From: Macrostomum lignano | Lineage: Eukaryota | Direction of reading: 5' to 3' | Length of the DNA stretch: 64,000 bases | NCBI GenBank assembly: GCA_002269645.1 | Contig: NIVC01001347.1 | Coordinates: 124,001 to 188,000, forward strand | Shown: positions 58,320-64,000 of the stretch, piece by piece | How the letters are laid out: every line of letters begins with the position of its first letter | Position numbering within the stretch: position 1 is the stretch's first letter | Position numbers and translations under genes: made by a program | Notes under the pieces: generated by a model | The model's database searches: none | What the model was told of the DNA's origin: nothing | Seen by the model: the letters and a program-made list of their open reading frames with translations, nothing else

Positions 58320-58522
58320 GGTAGCGCCATACATACTGAAAGATAGAACGGGGGTAGCGCCCTTCGTACTGAAAGATAGAACAGGATAGCGCCCTTCATT
58401 CTGAAGGGTAGAACGGGATAGCGCCCTTCGTACTGAAGGATAGAACGGGATAGCGCCCTTCGTACTGAAGGATAGAACGGGATAGCGCCCTTCGTACTGA
58501 AGGATAGAACGGGATAGCGCCA
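58320..58522. repeat. 32-bp minisatellite (GATAGAACGGGATAGCGCCCTTCGTACTGAAG)
   Basis: About 6 tandem copies. Confidence 0.9.
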
Positions 58523-58999
58523 CCAACTCAAAGCATGTACTTCTTTAGGATGCTCCTATGATGAGCTCCCAGGATGTGGCTCGACATAGACCGCTATCAA
58601 TCCCCTAAGATAGTTGAGTTCGTAAACTCATAATTTGTATTTTAGGTGATAAATTGCACCGACAGAAGGGGGCGGGGACCGGTGACACCTGATCAGTCAG
58701 TTATGGGGTGGGGAGGGGCAGAGACAGACGGACAGACAAGACAGACAGTGAATTGCTCCGGGACAAGATGAGCGATTTGAAACTGTTTTGAAGCCTGAGT
58801 GAGCTTTCGCGCGTGTGCATGGAAAATCCCTTTTGTGCCTGTGCAACTTGGACCATAGACTGACTATGCGCCCTCCGGGGTTTGGCCTAGAGAGCAGGTT
58901 GATTGCGCAACTACGCTTAAAAACGCGCCATCATCAATAGCTATCAACGTTACGGGAAAGTTTAGTCTATAATGTGCTACATTTTATGTCTACAACGCC

Positions 59000-59320
59000 C
59001 TATTTGATGTCTATAAGGAATCATATTTGATTTCTAGAAGACGCCATATTTGATGTCTATAAGGCGCCATAACTGATGTCTATAAGGCGCCATAACTGAT
59101 GTCTATAAGGCGCCATAATTGATGTCTATAAGGCGCCATATTTGATGTCTATAAGGCGCCATAATTGATGTCTATAAGGCGCCATAATTGATGTCTATAA
59201 GGCGCCATAACTGATGTTTATAAGGGGCCATAATTGATGTCTATAAGGCGCCTTAACCGATGTCTATAAGGCGCTATAATTGATCTCTATAAGGCGCCAT
59301 AACCTATGTCTATAAGACAC
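59000..59320. repeat. 23-bp minisatellite (GATGTCTATAAGGCGCCATAATT)
   Basis: About 13 tandem copies. Confidence 0.9.
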
Positions 59321-59840
59321 TTTAGCTGAAAATTATCAGATAAATGTCAATTTAAAAAAAACTTAAGCTGTTGATTTGCTGAACTCATGCTCAAAGCTTT
59401 CATAATCACGCCCAGGCCACGTGTCCCTGCTAGCGCCATCTTCGATAACACGTGCGCACCGTTCTAAACATCCTTCCCTACGATCCCTACGAGTTTTTTC
59501 CCTACGAGCAAATAAAGTTAAATTCAACAGGGCTTAACTTTGTACTGACTTGAAATTTAATTTGAAGTAGAATTAAGCTACGGGGATGCATATATATTTA
59601 GTTATGTTATTATTTACACAATAATTGCTCAACAAAGCAAAAAACATATAAGATTCGAATGAAATTGAAATCGAAACTGACTGTCGAATTGAATAAAAAT
59701 TAAAAAAACAGAAATAAAACATTGGATACAAAGAGCAAACAAGAAAACTGACAAAAGTTCAAATGAAAGTGCCGCAACAAAAATCAAGACAATATAAAAT
59801 ACAAAGGCCTATATCTAAACAAAAATGTCTACACAAAATT

Positions 59841-60878
59841 AATCTAAAAAATAAAGAAAAGTTCCTATCTAGAAAACTCCTAACAGAAAATCTGAGCGAG
59901 CAGCAAAAGCTGAGTTGAAAAAAGCAGGCTGAGAAAGAAGATCTGAAAAGCGACAAAATCCAAGCGCTGCTGAGTTGCCCCGCTGATGCGGAAGATGCTG
60001 AAAGAGAAGCGGCTTGGATGTTCTCGCTTGACAGAGGCGGCACGGAAAAAAAAACTTGGAGCGAAAAACGCAGGTAAAAATGCTACGAAAGCGAAAGCAG
60101 AAAACAGCAAAAAAGCATTGGAGCACCGAAAAGCAGAGTTTCGCAAAAAAGCGCAGAGCACTCAATTAAAAGCTGAAGGTGTTTTGGCCCTCCGGCCGCG
60201 TCGCCACCGAGTCGGCCTCCTGCCGCGGCTGCTCCGCCATCCAGGAGTCGCCGGGGCCGCCGCAGGCGCCGCAGCCGTCGCAGCCGCAGCCTCCGCAGTC
60301 GTCCTGGTCCAGCAGCTCCTGCAGGCTGCGGATGTAGGCGATGGCGGCCCGCAGGGTGGCGATCTTGCTCAGCCTCTGTCCGTCATCGCTCGGCACCAGC
60401 TGGCGAAGCCGCTCGAAGCCGAGGTTGAGCAGCTTGACGCGGTTCCGCTCGCGCTGGTTGCGACGCTGCATCGACGAGGCGGCCGGACGGGCGGCGGCGG
60501 CGACGTTGGCGGCGGCGTTGGCGGCGGCGTTTGAAGCGGCAGCGGCCGCGGCTTTGGCCGCCTCGGAGCCCGGCGGCTTCTGCGGCGGCCGAGGCGGCAG
60601 GTTGGAGCACCGCTCGCCCAGCGGCTGCCGAGTCGGCCCGGAGGCGTCGCCTGCTGCCCGGAGCTGCTGCAGTCGCAGGAAGGAGGGCACCGGCAAGTGC
60701 TGCCTGTCAGCTGTTGATGACATGGTCGCGTGTTTGGCCTGCGTTCTGACTGCCTGCTGAGTGCTAAACAGAGTGCGCCCGACACGAGGCCCGCCACGTG
60801 GCGCCTCCTTTTCTAGCCGTGGCCGCCGCCCCTCTCGCGTGGCCCCTGGGCTGCCCCAGGCCGTCTCCTATTGGCTGC
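59841..60878 (-). repeat. Right arm of the ~1.04-kb inverted duplication
   Basis: Reverse complement of 48367-49405. Confidence 0.93.
60166..60723 (-). CDS. ASCL: Achaete-scute family bHLH transcription factor, copy B (intronless, 185 aa)
   Basis: Same protein as copy A except one Ala>Val in the poly-Ala tract; I also see one synonymous TCC>TCG change. Confidence 0.92.
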   Translation of the reverse strand: MSSTADRQHLPVPSFLRLQQLRAAGDASGPTRQPLGERCSNLPPRPPQKPPGSEAAKAAAAAASNAAANAAANVAAAARPAASSMQRRNQRERNRVKLLNLGFERLRQLVPSDDGQRLSKIATLRAAIAYIRSLQELLDQDDCGGCGCDGCGACGGPGDSWMAEQPRQEADSVATRPEGQNTFSF

Positions 60879-60895
60879 CGGCTTCAGCCAATCAG
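60724..60895 (-). promoter_or_regulatory. Proximal promoter of achaete-scute copy B
   Basis: Same CCAAT, GGCCACGCGAG (60834-60844 on the minus strand), CACGTG and CACGAG motifs. The second CCAAT box is in the opposite orientation, just outside the homology block. Confidence 0.55.
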
Positions 60896-61544
60896 GAAAG
60901 CTTTGAGTTTTGCTTCACGCGTAGAGGCAGGAAGGCTGCTAGACTGTGTGTCCTTGCTGAATTCTTTTCAGTAAATCTCGATTCTTTTCTGCGACAGATG
61001 GCGCCCAAACATCTTCCTCTGTTCTACTCGATCGCTGAGACTGAATCTCTTCCGTTAACTGTTCCTTGTTGCCGTGGATTCCCGGGCCATAGCGTGCCGC
61101 TTCCCGCTGATTTCCGCTTCTAAATGCTTTTTCTCTGCTTGTTGTTGGGCGAGAAAATTGAGCTATAATTTGTATTCGTACTGTTTCAATAGCAACCTGG
61201 TCTAGTCCTTTCTGTCACCTGGGCGCCATCGCTCAATTATGGGGGGGGGGGCAATTAATCTGATTAACAACCCAGAAGCAATATGTCTCACAATTTTCAT
61301 AAATCTGTTTTGGTCCCTCAAGCTGCTTTGCCTGCAATGTAGGGGGCAGGTGCCACCCAATAAACAGAGTTATTGCGAGTTCGGAGCTATATTGAAACAA
61401 TTTCCTGAGCTTGTAAAATATTCTGCTTTCAATGCTTCATGACTTTTGTTTGTGAACAAATACTTCAGTGTAAACTGGAGCTTCAGAAACTTTTAAATCT
61501 TGCGATTGCCTGATTTTAAACTAATCTGATGGAGATCTACTGAC

Positions 61545-61935
61545 TGTAAGAGTCAGGAGTGTGTGTCAGCTCATTCTACTGACTGTAAGAGTCAGGAGAG
61601 TGTGTCAGTTCTGTATGAGATTCTACTGACTGTAAGAGTCAGGAGAGTGTGTCAGCTGTCTATGAGATTCTACTGATTGTGAGAGTCAGGAGAGTGTGTC
61701 AGCTCTCTATGAGATTCTACTGACTGAGTGTCAGGAGAGTGTGTCAGCTCTCTATGAGATTCTACTGACTGAGTGTCAGGAATGTGTGTCAGCTCTCTAT
61801 GAGATTCTACTGACTGAGTGTCAGGAATGTGTGTCAGCTCTCTATGAGATTCTGCTGACTGTGAGAGTCAGGAATGTGTGTCAGCTCTCTATGAGATTCT
61901 ACTGTCTGTGAGTGTCAGGTCTCTATGAGATTCTA
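61545..61935. repeat. 43-45-bp minisatellite (GTGTCAGCTCTCTATGAGATTCTACTGACTGAGTGTCAGGAAT)
   Basis: About 8 tandem copies. Confidence 0.9.
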
Positions 61936-62394
61936 CTCAAATTTCTATTTAATAGTTAAAAGTATTGACTACGGAGCTGTGCAGATTGAACTCACAACAG
62001 ACAGCAAAATTTCAATTAAACTGCGAGAGCTCATCGATCACACTGGAGTCTTCAGCCCTTCACATTGCGCAAGTTCAGCACAAGAGAAACAGCTGAGACC
62101 CCACGGCAGTCTTCTGTAACCCAAACCCATCATCGCGAATTTGTCCAGCCTGCGCGATCTGTGCCTGTGCAACAAGTTTTTGGTTTTCAACATCGCCATG
62201 GACCACACCGGGTCTGCTCTGGACTGCGAATCCCAAATTCGATAATACGAGCGTACTAACTTATTAGCATCATGCCCGATTCTGTAAAAGAAAAATGACC
62301 GTAAAAATGTAACCTTTGATATTGGCGTACAAACAGGATTTCAAACAGTAAAAATATGTGCGTGGACCTGCCAATGATTTGTTCCTAAGTGCCT

Positions 62395-63845
62395 GCGGCG
62401 TCAAAATGAGTCACTGCAGGGCCATAATGATGAGTCACTGCAGGGCCAACATGAGTCACTGCAGGGCCATAATAAGTCACTGCAGGGCCATAATGAGTCA
62501 CTGCAGGGCCAAAATGAGTCACTGCAGGGCCATAATGAGTCACTGCAGGGCCAAAATGAGTTACTGCAGGGCCAACATGAGTTACTGCAGGGCCAAAATG
62601 AGTCACTGCAGGGCCAAAATTAGTCACTGCAGGGCCATAATGAGTCACTGCAGGGCCAAAATGAGTCACTGCAGGGCCAACATGAGTCACTGCAGGGCCA
62701 TAATAAGTCACTGCAGGGCCATAATGAGTCACTGCAGGGCCAAAATGAGTTACTGCAGGGCCAACATGAGTTACTGCAGGGCCAAAATTAGTTACTGCAG
62801 GGCCATAATGAGTCACTGCAGGGCCATAATAAGTCACTGCAGGGCCATAATGAGTAACTACAGGGCCAAAATGAGTCACTGCAAGGCCAAAATGAGTCAC
62901 TGCAAGGCCAAAATGAGTCACTGCAAGGCCATAATAAGTCACTGCAGGGCCATAATAAGTCACTGCAGGGCCAAAATGAGTCACTGCAGGGCCAAAATGA
63001 GTGACTGCGGCGCCAAAATGAGTCACTGCGGCGCCAAAATGAGTCACTGCGGCGTCAAAATGAGTGACTGCGGCGTCAGAATGAGTGCCTGCGGCGCTAA
63101 AATGAGTGACTGCGGCACCAAAATGAGTGACTGCGGCGTAAAATGAGTGACTGCGGCACCAAAATGAGTGACTGCGGCGTAAAATGAGTGACTGCGGCAC
63201 CAAAATGAGTGACTGCGGCGTAAAATGAGTGACTGCGGCGTCAAAATGAGTGACTGCGGCGTAAAATGAGTGACTGCGGCGCCAAAATGAGTGACTGCGG
63301 CGTAAAATGAGTGGCTGTGGCACCAAAATGAGTGTCTGGGGCGTCAAAATGAGTGACTGCAGGGCCAAAATGAGTGACTGCGGGGCCAAAATGAGTGCCT
63401 GCGGGGCTAAAATGAGTGACTGCGGCGTCAAAATGAGTGACTGCGGCGTCAAAATGAGTGACTGCGGCGTCAAAATGAGTGACTGCGGCGCCAAAATGAG
63501 TGACTGTGGCGCCAAAATGAGTGCCTGCGGCGCTAAAATGAGTGACTGCGGCACCAAAATGAGTGACTGCGGCGTCAAAATGAGTGACTGCGGCACCAAA
63601 ATGAGTGACTGCGGCACCAAAATGAGTGACTGCGGCGTCAAAATGAGTGACTGCGGCACCAAAATGAGTGACTGCGGCACCAAAATGAGTGACTGCGGCG
63701 CCAAAATGAGTGACTGCGGCGTCAAAATGAGTGACTGCGGCACCAAAATGAGTGACTGCGGCACCAAAATGAGTGACTGTGGCGCCAAAATGAGTGACTG
63801 CGACCCCAAAATGAGTGACTGCGGCGCCTAAAGAGTGCCTGCGGC
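62395..63845. repeat. 21-bp minisatellite grading from AAAATGAGTCACTGCAGGGCC to AAAATGAGTGACTGCGGCGCC
   Basis: About 68 tandem copies; the variant switches at ~63000. Produces the spurious MSHCRAK/MSDCGAK ORFs. Confidence 0.95.
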
Positions 63846-64000
63846 GCGAAAATCAGTATTAGCAACCCCAATTTCCAAAATACTGCGGGAATGTCATCAT
63901 AGGAATTTTACGAATTCCTAATCTCTTTTTAGCAGTTCGTTTTGTTTTGTAACCTCCCACCAAAATATCCATGGCTACACCGTAGCCGACAAAAGTTATT

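Noticed and set aside
58205-58692. TCAGGTGTCACC / GGTGACACCTGA 12-bp inverted pair around the 32-bp array
   Set aside because: No TSD and the match does not extend; cannot be supported as an element.
62358-63831. 474-aa and 262-aa repetitive ORFs
   Set aside because: The 21-bp unit lacks stops in some frames; no splice, UTR or domain evidence.

Overview
AT-rich, repeat-dense eukaryotic (animal) genomic DNA; no prokaryotic features. The gene content and minisatellite density are compatible with an invertebrate such as a free-living flatworm (inference only). Host genes: a minus-strand diacylglycerol lipase (DAGL) gene with 4 exons visible, whose 22.8-kb intron (7141-29903) holds two intronless class-A GPCR genes and a 9.6-kb DNA transposon; the last two exons of MRPS31; and two near-identical, convergently oriented intronless achaete-scute bHLH genes 10.4 kb apart. 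The most unusual object is the transposon at 15345-24980. Its foldback-like terminal inverted repeats are tandem arrays of a 161-bp unit (13 copies left, 23 right). It sits in an AAA|TTT site with no target-site duplication. It carries one intact ORF fusing a C2H2 finger, a PIF/Harbinger/ISL2EU-type HTH+DDE transposase, a degenerate SWIM-like finger and a ubiquitin-specific protease (peptidase C19) domain with intact catalytic residues. The rest is a patchwork of minisatellites, small non-autonomous TIR elements (hAT-like with 8-bp TSD, MULE-like with 9-bp TSD) and LINE/SINE relics. Repeat boundaries are read by eye and are approximate unless junction bases are quoted.
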